Positions 1-19,903 of a stretch of 64,000 nucleotides of DNA are shown here, piece by piece; positions within the stretch are counted from its first letter, which is position 1, and every line of letters starts with the position of its first letter. This DNA is from Flaccisagitta enflata. Taxonomy: Eukaryota. Made by a program: the position numbers and the translations under genes. The notes under the pieces are model-generated. The model did not search any database, had not been told where the DNA came from, and saw nothing but the letters and a program-made list of their open reading frames with translations. The stretch lies in assembly GCA_965153355.1 (NCBI GenBank), contig OZ231126.1, forward strand, positions 46,438,001-46,502,000, read 5' to 3'.

Positions 1-332
1 CAGACCGATGGACGGATGGACAGACAAAGCCTCTTATAGAGATGCGTGGACGCATCTAAAAAAAGACAAAAGAAAAAAGTAATTGTGTATATCTTTTAGT
101 TTCAAGAGAAGAAGATGGATTTTAAGTGCGGTGTTGTTTACCTTTCTTAGATTTGTAAGCACATCTCTGTGACCTCAGAAAAGAAATCCCCTTGAAAGTT
201 TTTTTACGTCTGAATGGTATGAATTTGGAGAAGGTGTAATGTGACCCAGAAAATCCATTTAATTTTGTTTTATTCTATTTTAAAAAAAAAATTTTGAAAG
301 AGAGATAGAGGGAGAGAGAGAAAGAGAAAGAG

Positions 333-410
<78 letters not shown>

Positions 411-450
411 TGATTGACTGAGTGACTGGATGAAAAGAAAAAAAATTTTT

Positions 451-561
<111 letters not shown>

Positions 562-683
562 TGATTGAATGACTGGATGAAAAGAAAGATAGAATCAGAA
601 AGAAATTAATTGAAAGAACCAAAGGAGGAAATAACCAAAGAAAGAAAGAAGAGAGAAAGAAAGAAAAAAAGGAAGAGAGAGGA

Positions 684-731
<48 letters not shown>

Positions 732-2675
732 ATAAAAGAAAGAAAGAAAGAATAAAAGAAAGAAAAAAGATGGAAAGAAACAAAAGACAGAATGACAGAC
801 TCGGATGTGTCAATATGCAAGTAATTTTTTGATGAGACCATCAATATAATAGAGCACAGGGTATTATAAATTCAAAATTTTTAAACACTTTTATTATTCA
901 AATTCTATTTATTTTATTTGTTTTGAATTATTTTTAGCCATTAATTTGTATAAATAATAAGTATTAAATTATATGTTTTGCAATTCTATGTGCAAACACT
1001 GAAATAATATATATATAAAGATAATAAATTTTGAAATATAAAAAAAACGTTTATAGATTTGAATTTTATTTCTCTATCTTCCTCTTATGTTAATAATCTG
1101 ATCAAAAATACTTTTCCATAATGACACACCCGAACGGCAGAGGCAGAGACAGAGACAGAGAAAGTCACCAAAAAAAGGCTGTTTTTGAAATCTTGAGACA
1201 GATTTCTCCCAATTTTTCGCCGTCTTTTTCCGGCGATTTGTGGACTCTTCCGTCCAACGCGGAGACGACATCCGGGACTTGGAGACTAGTGGCCATCCAT
1301 TTCATTCCGCTCTCCACCTCCCTAAACTATTTGTTATCACGAACGGCTCAAAGGTCGTTAGAAATGAAAATATCGACTGTTTTTGCGGTTTTATTTGTCA
1401 ATTTCTGTCAAGGTCACACTCACAGAGAGCGGTCAAAGGTCGATCAAAATGAAATTGCGTTTAAAAAATACTTTAGAAGAGGTTCTAATATATACTCGTT
1501 AGAACAAACACGCGATACAAAACAAACAAATACAGAAATCATCTGTCCAAGTGTCAATCTTCAGAATTCATCTACACACTCAGCCTACAAAGCATACTGC
1601 GCAGTGACGGAACGTCGGGCGTATTCGTGGACTTTCAAGACCTTGTTGTGATTAAATTCTTTCATGGTTTCTCCTCGACTTGGACCATTTTCTGACATAA
1701 GACGCGGTTCTTTTGAGCGCGAGATTTTGACTGCCACGTGCAGTAAAAAATCAATATAAAACAATGACAAAATTAATGATGGTTTTGGGTAATAACATAT
1801 TTGTGTAATATATTTAAAAAAAAATTAATGCAAAATCTTGTATCATTTAGCTAATATAGCTAAAAATACTAAAAATTAATATTTTTTTTTAAATAAGTTG
1901 TTTATCATTTTTTTTTGTTTCATTTCCATTAGTAAGTATGTTATAATGATAAATATCATTTTTTTAAAGTATATTCAATGTATTTTAAAAAAAAATATTA
2001 ATAGTTAAAAATATATTTTATATACAAATTTTAGAGATTTAAAGTAAAATGTATTTGGCAATGCAAATTCACTCTTCCAAAGGAATGTGTCTTATAGCCT
2101 TTATTTCAAAATGGCGTTGCACTTATGTCTGTACTATCTTTCTGTAGCAAAACCCAAGCATGTTATAGATGTACGCAATGATGGTGTCATATACTTGTTA
2201 CACCCCCTCAACAGTCCTCTGACAACCCTGAAACCATAGTACAGTATAAAGTGTGAAACATGGCAAGTCATCACTGCAATGGACGGACTTTTCAACTTCA
2301 CAATGAGCCAACAGACAGATAGACAGGACCTTTCAACTCATGAAATTATGATTTGCCAACGTAACGACAGACAACTGTCGGTTGGTCACGCAAACAATCC
2401 TCACGGCGCACCTGTTAGACTACTTGGCCATAATATGAAGAAATTGACGAAGATTGAAAAAGCACAATTGATGCGATTTATTAGTCGCGTGCACGCGACT
2501 CTACACTCCGCTTTGTCCGCTCCGTCGATCGGCCTGGGCCGGGTCGGGCCGGTCAATCGTCAAGCTGGTCAGCCTGTCGTCGCGACTCTACACTTTTACT
2601 TTTTTATCAATTTTATTTCTTTGCTCATTTGTCATTTAAGCAGCATGTGCTGGCGTCATTCTAAGTCATTAATAC

Positions 2676-8630
<5,955 letters not shown>

Positions 8631-9447
8631 ACTTGAAATTTGAACGAGCTCAATCTGTGGAATGGAAAACGGAAATGAAAAATCTTTACCAATTAGCAAA
8701 TTAAAAGTCAGTCATTATAAAGAACAGGATGCCACAACTAATGCGCAGTTACAAAATCGGCGCGGAAAAGGGGGGGGGGAGGCAGGGAGGGACTGGGGAT
8801 TATGGGTGAAGACTGGGTATTTGTATAATTTTCGACGGACGAATAGATAGTGTTGTGTCTTGTTTAAAGCGAAAAAAATGACCCAACAACCAGTGGATTA
8901 AACGATAAAACCCCCCCCCCAAAAAAAAGTTAAAAACAAAACAAGCAAAAATGCAAGCGCATGAGAATCGCTGCCGCTTGCTGTGGAGTCGATGCTGCGA
9001 TGTACCAGGTCAAACACCGCAATTTTCTTTGATATCGCCCCCTCCATTTTTCACTCCCTCTCTTTCATTCCTTTTCAGCAGATTTGACAAAACAATTTTG
9101 CGAGATATATTTGTTCAAAGGAGGTTCTGAATTTGCCTCTGATACTAGTATACTATCTTGATCAAAAACCTTCGTCCGCCTTCTATCACTAATTTAAGGA
9201 AATGTTTTTTAATGCCTAATGAATATTGTTTTTCCTAGTTAAAAAATCTGTTTATTTAACTATTTTCATTTGGTTGTTAAAGAAAATACAAGATAAAAAA
9301 AAGTTCTATAATCAGTTTTTAATCTAGCACTGATTGTATCATTTACACAGATAGTCGGGAAAAAAGTCGAAGTTAGTCTTCGACTTTTTGACATATTCCA
9401 GAAAAACATGGTTTTCGTTTTCTGATGGGGAAGTCAAGCATCTCGAC

Positions 9448-9795
9448 TACGTCTGTCAGGGTGCCCAGAAAAGCCAAAATTGAAGTTTGCCTGGCAAAAA
9501 TATCTTTCCTTTGCAAAAATGCTTTCAAATGAGCCATTGCACAACCTTCAAATCAAGTGGGAACCATCTTTAGGGTGAGGTTAAAGTTTACATTGAATTA
9601 TCATTGAAATCTATATCTCTATCATGCAAATTCTGTCTCTCTCATAAAAATCTATGGAAACTTCAGAGTCACCCTAAAGATGGTTCTCAATTGATTTGAA
9701 AGTTGCGCAATAGCTCATTTGAAAGCATTTTTGCAAAGGAAAAAGAATTTTAGCGAAGTTCAATTTCGGCTTTTCTGAGCACTCTGACAGACGTA
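9448..9795. mobile_element. Foldback MITE, TAC...GTA termini, 8-bp target site duplication
   Basis: Long inverted arms (tacgtctgtcagggtgcccagaaaagcc / ggcttttctgagcactctgacagacgta); ATCTCGAC repeated directly at 9440-9447 and 9796-9803. Confidence 0.8.
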
Positions 9796-12700
9796 ATCTC
9801 GACCGGGCGATTTTGATAATATTTTTGGCGTTTTTTTTAGGAAAATTCGCATGAATTTTTTCTCATGATTTACATGTAGGATCAATAAAGAAGTGTATTG
9901 ATGTTTGTTTGAGCATGCAAATACAAGAAAACATGTTTAAGAGCAAAGCTGCTCATCTGTGAGGGTGTTTTTCAGTATTCTAGCTCAACTAGCTTCTTTA
10001 GCTCAGTCTTTTTTTTTCTGATTCTAAATGGGATAAACGACTAAATGTTTTGATACATGTTTAAGCATGTAAGTACAAGAAATGATGTCAGTGAGCATAG
10101 CTGCTCATCTGTGAGGGTGTTTTTAAGTATTCTTGCTCATTCAGCTCATTTAGCTCATTTTTTGGGGGGGGAATGTAATGGAAATTACGACCAGGATGCA
10201 CCCTTACTTGCAAAGGTGCCGGATACACGGCCACCAGCGGACGGGTGGGCAGGGGCGGAAATGCGCGTTTTCCCACTTTTCAACTCGAGCGTGACGGACC
10301 AAGCGGACCAACTTTGGACAACGGACCAACGGACAAACGGACGGACGGACAAAGCCTCTTATGCAGAGTTGCGTGTCACCTTTAAAATGCCACGGAGTCT
10401 CGAAAAACAAACAAACAAGAAACAAAAAACAAAACAAAGACAGCATAATAACATTTTCGCGAGACCGTGACGATTGAATCCGCAGCCACGGCCGTGCGGT
10501 GGTCGTACGTTGAAAGGCGCCTTGGAGTCATCGTGAAGCAACTGCGCTTTAACTTTCCTCGTCGTGGTTTCGAGCAAGAGGAGGAGGAAGGTGCGGAAGA
10601 AGAAGAGGAGAAGAAGAAGAGAAGGAAAAGCGAAAAAGAAAAAGAAAAAGAAAAAGAAAAAGAAAGAGAAGTGGGTAAAAAAGTGCGTAGATGAATATAC
10701 ATTGGAGTAACGCTATTCGCTAGAGCGCAACCGCCATTAAGGCTTGTCTGCCTATTAGGCCCACATGTTAACAAGGGGCGACTGGTTTTGTTCACCTTCC
10801 CTACTTCCTACTGGCCCTGCTTTCTTCCTATGAATGCCTCGCGGCTCAAAACCTTAACTCGAGTGCTTTGAGGATACATGTTTGGCCTGAAAACTGCGTT
10901 TCACGTTCACGTTCAATCATTGGGCAGGGGCAGTGATGCAAATATCGAATGCGACCGACGTAACAAATGATTATCTTAGCAACACAATTTGTGTGATGAT
11001 ATAGTTTTTTCCAAGCACTCAGAAAGTTTTTGGCTCTAAATTAGAGATGTAAACATGGCTTCATTTGTGTGAGAGGCATAGGAAAAAGTCATACCATGAG
11101 TTTTAGGATACTCCAAAAAAATAATTTTGAAAAAATTGTTTTAGCATGATCAAATCTGACAAGGCCGGATAGACGGCCACCAGTTGTGGATGGGTGGGCA
11201 GGGGGCGGAAATACGCGTTTTCCCACTTTTCGACTCGTGCTTACGGATCAACGGACCGACGGACGGATGGACAGACAAAGCCTCTCATAGAGTTGCGTGT
11301 CCGCAACTAAAAAACATATCTGTGACAACGTAAAGGTAACATTTTTTTTTGAAAAAAATTGTGTGATAAATCTTAGATATGATACAGGTTATTACGCCAC
11401 AACTAGGCCTGTTTTAGTGAAGCCGAGCAAAAAATAAAATCCCCAAACGATGAGGAATTCAAATCTGTTTTCATTTTTATTCTACAATCACGCCCTGAGA
11501 CGCAATGAGCAAATGAAACAGTCTATGCCATCAATATAGAAATTAAAGAAAGATCCATCAAAAAATTTTCATTTTACTGAAAAATTGAAGTTGCCAGCTT
11601 AAAAAGTGACAGAAAGGTTGAGAAACATGTTCATGAATTTATATTTGTTTTATAACATTAATCGGTAAAACCCTAGCATGTGATACATCAAATGAAAGCT
11701 GAGACAATTTTTTTGCTAATGGTGATAAGATATTACACATTTAAGTAGATACGATTAAGCCGTTATCATCCCTACTCTAATAGAGTATGATAGAGAATAT
11801 TGATTTTTTGCATTGCCGTATTCTATTTCCATTCGTTGTCGCACGTTTTATTCCACGTTGTTGTTGATTCGTTGTGCTTGATTTCAGTTATGTACTTTTT
11901 TACGGCATTTCTGACCAAAAAATGACACTGAACGATGACAGCTCCACTCAATTTTTGGCATGAGTATGTTCCAGAGCCAAACCATTAGTATTTGACCCTT
12001 TGCCACCTATTACAGCTGTTTCAACATTCACGACTTAAAAAATAAAATAGCCATTTCTGATGCTACAGTAAAAATGAAACACTGAATGATGACGGCTCCA
12101 TTCAATTTTTGCGAAGCATGTTCAGAGGCAAACCATTGAAGTATTTGACCCTTTGCCACCTATTACAGCTGCTTTAAAACAATAGCAGCCTAGAAAAGTG
12201 CTGAAAATAGCCATTTCCCCGGCATTTTACGGCAAAAATGACGCTGAATGATGACGATTTCCACTTGATGCTGGTATGAGTATATCTCAGAGCCACACAG
12301 TTACTGTATGACCGTTTGCCAACCATAACAACTTTTTTTTAACATCATTAACCTGAAAAACTGGCAGAAATGCCATTATTACAGAATTTTACGGCATTTT
12401 ACGGCACTGCGTGGTCAATTCTTTACCGAATGTGCTCTATAACTTTTTTTGACTTCTATGCAATACATATGATTGGTTTTAGGCAAAAAATTGTGATATG
12501 TGTGACTTTTGCCAAATTGCTTAGGGGTGACATACATAAGACACTGTGCCTTAGGGCTGGGATTTCAGCTTAAAGGCTAGGATTTGTGCCTCAGTGCTGG
12601 ATTCTAAGCTTGAGGCTGGGAATGAAGCTTTGAGGCAAGAATTTGTGCTTGAGGCTAGGATTTAGGTTGGGAATTGGGCCTCGGGGGTGAATTTTGTGCT

Positions 12701-13225
12701 TGAAGCTGGGATTTGGGCCTCAAGGCTGGGATTTGGGCCTCACGGCTGGGAATTGAGCCTTAAGGTTGGAATATGAGCTTTGAAGGGGGTGGACTGATGG
12801 AGGAGAAGGAGAAATTCGCCCATGTGTGAAAGCATAGGTCTTGACCCCTTCGAAGCCGCTGCCACAAACCATGCAACTTGTGTTTTTTTTTCTTCTAAAA
12901 TTGACTTTGAGTTGAGAAGCGGATTTCTAAATCAATAAGCAAACTGTGATCGTCCAGAGTCCTCGTTTCCCTAGCTAGTCTTGACTTGCAATTCATTTTA
13001 CTCAAAAACGTTTTATTTGCGAGGATAAGCAAATAAAAATGCAATTGCAGTGACCAGTAGAACTGAAGGCTGATAAACTCTCCCTCGCTTGTTTTCTCCT
13101 CCTCCACGGCCACCCCACTGACACATGTTTTTCCATGCTGTGGTGATATGTAGTGACCATTTGGTAATTGACATCCATAGAGCTTAAGGGCAACAACCAC
13201 TAACTCGTGATACGACCCCATCTTA

Positions 13226-13803
13226 CCGGGTCATCAATCTCGACTGGGAAAAAATGTTAAGCTTTTGCTCTCAGCTGCTTAGTCTCACTGGTCTGGAATT
13301 TGTTTACTTATATAGTAATATATTTAACGTTTTTTGTGTTAAAATTTCATTAGTCGGAGTTAAATACTTTGTCCACAACATCAATTTAAAGAAAAACAAG
13401 CATTTTCGGATATAAATAAATCATCAAAACTGTTTTTCTTTGATTGGCTCTTAATTCTCGCTAGATTAAGCAGCAAGGGTCAGATTTGTCTCAGTTAAAG
13501 ATATTTTTATGAATTCTAAAAAAACATCTTTTATTGTAGACTGTTTATGCATTTGTAGCTCAAACTGATTACAAACAAGGGAAAATAGTTTTGATAAAAA
13601 AGGTTAAATTGAGCTTCAGACACAAATACTTGTTTTACTTCAAATTGATGTTGTTGGCAAAACATTTGACACAGACCAATGAAATTTTGACACAAAAAAC
13701 GTCAAACATAGCACTATATAGAAAAATTAGTTCCAGGTCATTAAAAAGAAGCATCTGAGAGCAAAAGCTTAATACTTTTTCCCAGTCGAGATTGATGACC
13801 CGG
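13226..13803. mobile_element. Tc1/mariner-type (TA TSD) MITE
   Basis: TA-ccgggtcatcaatctcgactgggaaaaa ... tttttcccagtcgagattgatgacccgg-TA with ~170-bp diverged arms; second copy at 28741-29318. Confidence 0.8.
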
Positions 13804-14609
13804 TACTGTCTTACTATCTGATAATGATGAGCTGCCGGAGCGAAGCAGTCGCCAGGTCCCACTCAAGGCTCCAATTGTCTCGTCTCCTGAGACTGATCTG
13901 TCGCTTTTACCAACCTTAACATCGCAACCCCTTCTTAAATGAGTGTTTATAAATCTTATCCCATTACTCACTGTACATATGCCAACACTTATGTGACATA
14001 AGTGACATAGGCCTACACGGACACACCCGGCCTTCCTACTGCCTAAACTAGGTTGACTGTTGTTGCGGCAGGAGGGGTAACCGCCTTTTTACTCTATTCG
14101 AATTGAGCAATGGTCATGCTGACCAACAGAGCCCCTGACAGAGATGCGCGTGTCCGCAACTAAAAATATATCTCTCTCCCGCGTCGTTCTTGCACTAGAT
14201 CGCCCTTCGTTGGCCGTAGTGTAGGGCTCTTCATATAGGTTTCGCTCAAACAGGAGCGCCATCGACTTAGGCATTATCTTGATTTACACGCACGAATCAA
14301 TTAAGGTTGTAAAATCATATGTCGCCAAGGAGATATCGATTGGAGGACTCAGTCGAGTTCTTTCGTTTCCATGCAACAGAACAGATTCAAGAGGGTCTCG
14401 GCGCCGAATAAAATGCCTTCGTTCCTTTCTGTCTCCGTCTCTCTTTCTGTCTCTCTTTCTGTCTCTCTTTCTGTCTCTTTCTGTCTCTCTTTCTGTCTCT
14501 CTTTCTGTCTCTCTTTCTGTCTCTCTTTCTGTCTCTCTTTCTGTCTCTCTTTCTGTCTCTCTTTCTATCTCTCTTTCTGTCTCTCTTTCTGTCTCTCTTT
14601 CTGTCTGTC

Positions 14610-14795
<186 letters not shown>

Positions 14796-14958
14796 TCTGA
14801 CTCTCTCTCTCTCTCTCTCTCTCTCGCTCTCTCTCTCTCCTCTTTACCTGTCTCCATCTCTCTCTCTTCCTCTCTACCTGTCTGTTTGTTTGTTTGTGTG
14901 TGTGTCTCTGTCTGTGTGTGTGTGTGTCTCTGTGTGTGTGTGTGTGTGTGTGTGTGTC

Positions 14959-15054
<96 letters not shown>

Positions 15055-16373
15055 ATTCCCTCCAAGGAACGTGACCAAAGGAAATGTCCATGGAATCATC
15101 ATGACAGCGGTAGAAGAAAAGGAAACCCTGGTTCTTTCTTTCGTCATTTAACTGATGCAGGTGGATTGATCCCTTTATGTTTAATAAATAAATTAATATC
15201 AGAGACGAGGAACAAATTTATGTGTGACCAGACCCAGTTGTTGTCATCCTCTTTTTAAGTCATTACTGATACCCTGCTACCTATCTTCGCCCCTGGAAGT
15301 TCTAGAAAGTTGAAACCATACTAGCGGAATTTATCTGTATCTTGAGAATTAGCTTCTGTTTGAAATATTCTGACCTTGTTGATTGCATGAATAGCTTTCC
15401 CTCATGTGCCTCTCTATCCAATACCATAAACTTAAAGAGATAAAGAGAATGGAGCCAAGTCTTGAGAAGAGGAAATAAAATCTCTATGAGTCACTTGGCT
15501 GCAAAAATGTTCGAGTAACGAGGAATGATTTCATTTTAGATTGCTAATGGTTATAGACAGGTCTATGAACTCATCAATAAATGTGGAAGTTTGGGTTAAT
15601 GAGTCAATGAGGTTAAAAAAACCTCTATAACTCAACACGTAGGATCAGTTCGGGGACAGGGCGAGGAAAGGATGGAATTTGGCGCCATGACAATGATGCA
15701 TGACGTAATTGAGGTAGAAAAAAAAGTTCTAGACGTCGCATGGCGGATGTCGCATGACAACGAAAATCGGAGAGCAACGACCGAGATGGGACTAAAAGAG
15801 TTATTGGGCAGACGACGGATGGTCGCCTGGGGCAAAACTTAGCCAGCGAAAGCGTTTATCTTCATGGCACCTCGCGAAGGTGTTGCTTAGACGCGTGGCT
15901 AAGTAAAAGAGAGTTTAATCCCTCCCCCATCGAATGAATTTGGATAGACCTGGCAGGTGGCCAGTATCAAGTGAGGGAATATGTTGTGACATGACGCGAT
16001 CGTTACAAGATAGAATGATACAAGTGACGCGGGGTCACAATATCGTTGCGGACGGGTGGGAGGAGGGATATAACTCTAATCTATAATCTCCCCCACTTCC
16101 TGCTCACGCACAGACACACTCCGTCTCAACTGCAACAGCATAAATGCGCGTTTTCACACTTCGACCCGCTCACACCCTCATCATGAACGGACCGACCGAC
16201 AGATGGGCAAGTCTCTTAGAGTTGTGTGTCCAATCGATTACTTGCTATTATTTCGAAAATCTGTCTCCGACCTATTCGCAATATGCCGGACCATGCTCCT
16301 CACGAATTTCATACTAATTTATTGCTGAGTTGACAGATTCAACCAACGAATAAAGTTGGTAATGGGGCGGATG

Positions 16374-16615
16374 CACCTTGATCTGGGGGCTGAGAAAAAC
16401 CCGAGATGAATCTAGCGTGTTTCAATAGCTTAATTTACATGAAAAGCATACTTCTAGTTAACCCAGTGAGATGAAATTTTAACTGAAGCTCTGCAAAACC
16501 ATTGGCTTTCTTCATGTAAAATTTCATCCCACTGGGGCAACTAGAAGTATGCTTTTCATGTAATTTAAGCAATTGAGATTCATCTCGGGTTTTTCTCAGC
16601 CCCCAGATCAAGGTG
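16374..16615. mobile_element. Transib-like MITE (CAC termini, 5-bp TSD) with RSS-like TIRs
   Basis: Near-palindromic 242-bp element, caccttgatctgggggctgagaaaaacccgagatgaatct at both ends, GGATG duplicated at 16369-16373 and 16616-16620. Confidence 0.85.
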
Positions 16616-18005
16616 GGATGATAAGATTAGAAAACGGACGTTGATGCTGGCAAAAATACTGAGAAAAAGCTGAACCAACTTAGCCAACCACCGTGATTCC
16701 TTAAGTCAGCGTATAGCAATAACAGATGTCAAGGGACTTGTAATTTTTTTTTACGATATGCAAATTTTCATAATTACCATTATAATTTAAGAAAAGAATA
16801 CTAATAAATTGAAATTCTATATCTATAAACAAATTTCCATTGCTCTTAGATCATGTTTAGCGGGATGTAACCGTACAGAGACGCTAAATTCCTTTAACTA
16901 CATTTCAAGTAAAAGTTCTTCACTAGTCACAAACCTAGGGACTCATTACTCTTTAAAAAAAGTTGGTCAACGTGGAATGATTTTGTTTTTATTTGGTTGC
17001 GCGGAGGCATAATTTTTATATACAGAGGGAAAAACAATCAGTCGTCAAAATCTCGGAGAGTTTGCTTGTCAGGCGCAACTACTCTTTCATCAGCCGATTG
17101 TGGCGATAATGATTCTCCACTCCGCGCATAGGGAGGGAGGGGTGGGACAATAACTCAATTCAATATTTTGGGGGAATGGGACAGGAGGATAACAACCAAT
17201 TGGACAATTTCCGCTATGATTTTTAGACCTAGAATGTGATCGACCGAGGTTGCGCCATTCCGAGAGGGGGGGAGGGGAAAAAAGAAAATACTGAATGTGA
17301 AAAAGCCGTTTGATTTTTACAAATGAGTCGCATTGCACGGCAACGCGTGGGGGAAACGATGAGAAGAGAGGGAAAAATGACGAAATGATGTAAGACATAG
17401 TGACCGGGGGTGGTAAAAAATAAAAATTATCACTTGAATTTTTTTTCCAAAATCATAAGCGTATGGGTGAAGTAGATTTCTTCCGCTTTACCTCAAATCG
17501 AATCACATTGGAGAAACACGATAAGTCGAATCATGGACACTACTTTTATTTCCCCAGATGTCAACCGCGACGTCGATACTGAGTCACGAGACGCGCCGGT
17601 GTAACATGAACATGTCATTACAATTGACCCAATCCCCAACTTCCCAACCTCCACGTCAAGTTACGCCCAAGGTAGATCATTCCCAATCCACCGATGGCTC
17701 AGTCCATAGAACCCATTTGAAGGCGAACGTGCACACATTTCTACCCCTCCCCAAAAATCCGTAAAGATTGGAAACGACGTTCCAAAGAGTTGCGATGCGT
17801 CCCGTAGCTGGTCCCGAGTTCCGACTTCTCTCCAAGCTGCGACGAATGAGGGCGATGAGGAATGATGATGCTGATGAGAAATGATGATGATGACGGCGAT
17901 GATGAGTCACTTAGTTTCGCGATGAAAAAGATGGATGAAGCGACGAGTGGTTTTTGAATGTCAAAAGTTTTCACCAGTGACCGTGAACGCACATTTCCGG
18001 CACTC

Positions 18006-18122
18006 TCAAGGCTTCGCCTTATTCTGGACGGGGAGATAAAGTTTGAATTCTGCCGGAAGTTCGTCTTCGGAGTAAAGACGATCGGAGAAGTAGACGCGAC
18101 GAATCCGACAATTGGCGTGGAT
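18006..18122 (-). pseudogene. CFAP20: Duplicated, orphan copy of CFAP20 terminal coding exon
   Basis: Intact acceptor (cag) and [38 protein letters not shown], same as 33437-33553; upstream CFAP20 exons are not duplicated. Confidence 0.85.
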
Positions 18123-18782
18123 CTGTGAAAGAGTGAAGGGGGGGGGAAGAGGAGGAAAGGTAATTCAGTTGCTTGGTATGTAAAATATATTAAGTAGTTG
18201 GTAACCGCGCGATGAAAGGTACAGAAAAACCCGTCAAAAGAGGTGTGGAGGGACCAAAATTATAGCACGTCTCCCTACAACCCACATCAAATATTCCATT
18301 CTTTTACTCAAAATAGCTGATTATACCTTGGGTGAATAAAAAATTTCCTTATGGCGATTTTTGTAATTCCACCAAGGACGTTTCCAAATCTTTATTTTTT
18401 TGCAATTTTGAGGGATTTTTAGATACACTCTTTTGTTTGACTAAAAACCTTGTTTATGAGAACATTGAGGCTCAGATGTGGAAAAAAGTAAGAACAATCA
18501 TAAGAACATTGTCAGCCTCAAAAAGGGAAAATATAAGAACATTCATTCTTTATCTGCTCTAGGAAATGCAATAATCAAAAAGAATTGCAGAAGGGAGACA
18601 GCTTAATTGTTATACATAGATGACTTCAATCACTTTTACATCATAATTTGATTTGTTAATGATTACTATTTTGATTCTCATATCTTAAATTGACAATCAT
18701 GGTTAAGTAACCAGATAAAAGAACATTTTTGTACCAATAGCGGTGGCTAATCGCCGTAGGAAAAAAATCATAAATGCGTAAA

Positions 18783-18861
<79 letters not shown>

Positions 18862-18898
18862 TTAGACTCAAAAAATTGTGAAGAGTATGGGTCCGCGG

Positions 18899-19442
18899 GG
18901 TCGAACGGCGTTGTCTGGCGTTGTCGAACGGCGTTGTCGAACGGCGTTGTCAAGCGGCGTTGTCAACGGCGTTATCAAGCGGCGTTGTCAAACGGCGTTG
19001 TCAAACGGCGCTATCAAACGGCGTTGTCAAACGGCGTTGTCAAGCGGCGTTGTCAAGCGGCGTTGTCAAACGGCGTTGTCAACGGCGTTGTCAAACGGCG
19101 TTGTCAAACGGCGTTGTCAAAGCGTTATCAAGCAACGTTGTCAAACGGCGTTGTCAACGGCGTTGTCAAACGGCGTTGTCAAACGGCGTTGTCAAACGGC
19201 GTTGTCAACGGCGTTGTCAAACGGCGTTGTCAAACGGCGTTGTCAAACGGCGTTGTCAAACGGCGTTGTCAAACGGCGTTGTCAAACGGCGTTGTCAAAC
19301 GGCGTTGTCAAACGGCGTTGTCAAACGGCGTTGTCAAACGGCGTTGTCAAACGGCGTTGTCAAACGGCGTTGTCAAACGGCGTTGTCAAACGGCGTTGTC
19401 AAACGGCGTTGTCAAACGGCGTTGTCAAACGGCGTTGTCAAA
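18899..19442. repeat. 13-bp minisatellite (GGCGTTGTCAAAC)n, truncated copy
   Basis: Direct tandem units; produces the spurious [13 protein letters not shown] ORFs. Confidence 0.95.
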
Positions 19443-19903
19443 TATTCCATTCTTTTACTCAAAATAGCTGATTATACCTTGGGTGAATAAAAAATTTCCT
19501 TATGGCGATTTTTGTAATTCCACCAAGGACGTTTCCAAATCTTTATTTTTTTGCAATTTTGAGGGATTTTTAGATACACTCTTTTGTTTGACTAAAAACC
19601 TTGTTTATGAGAACATTGAGGCTCAGATGTGGAAAAAAGTAAGAACAATCATAAGAACATTGTCAGCCTCAAAAAGGGAAAATATAAGAACATTCATTCT
19701 TTATCTGCTCTAGGAAATGCAATAATCAAAAAGAATTGCAGAAGGGAGACAGCTTAATTGTTATACATAGATGACTTCAATCACTTTTACATCATAATTT
19801 GATTTGTTCATGATTACTATTTTGATTCTCATATCTTAAATTGACAATCATGGTTAAGTAACCAGATAAAAGAACATTTTTGTACCAATAGCGGTGGCTA
19901 ATC
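19438..19903. repeat. Third copy of a 466-bp CFAP20 intron-4 segment (also 18287-18752 and 33718-34183)
   Basis: Direct repeat at offset 1151 from tcaaatattccattc to gcggtggctaatc. Confidence 0.92.

Noticed and set aside
10359-10920. GC-rich segment tested as downstream SAXO exons
   Set aside because: No phase-1 exon with SAXO-type repeats; more likely GPCR 5' UTR or promoter, unproven.
18878-19490. [13 protein letters not shown] repeat ORFs (also 34205-35397); possible CRISPR-like array
   Set aside because: Pure 13-bp tandem repeat open in all frames, no spacers, no cas genes, eukaryotic context.
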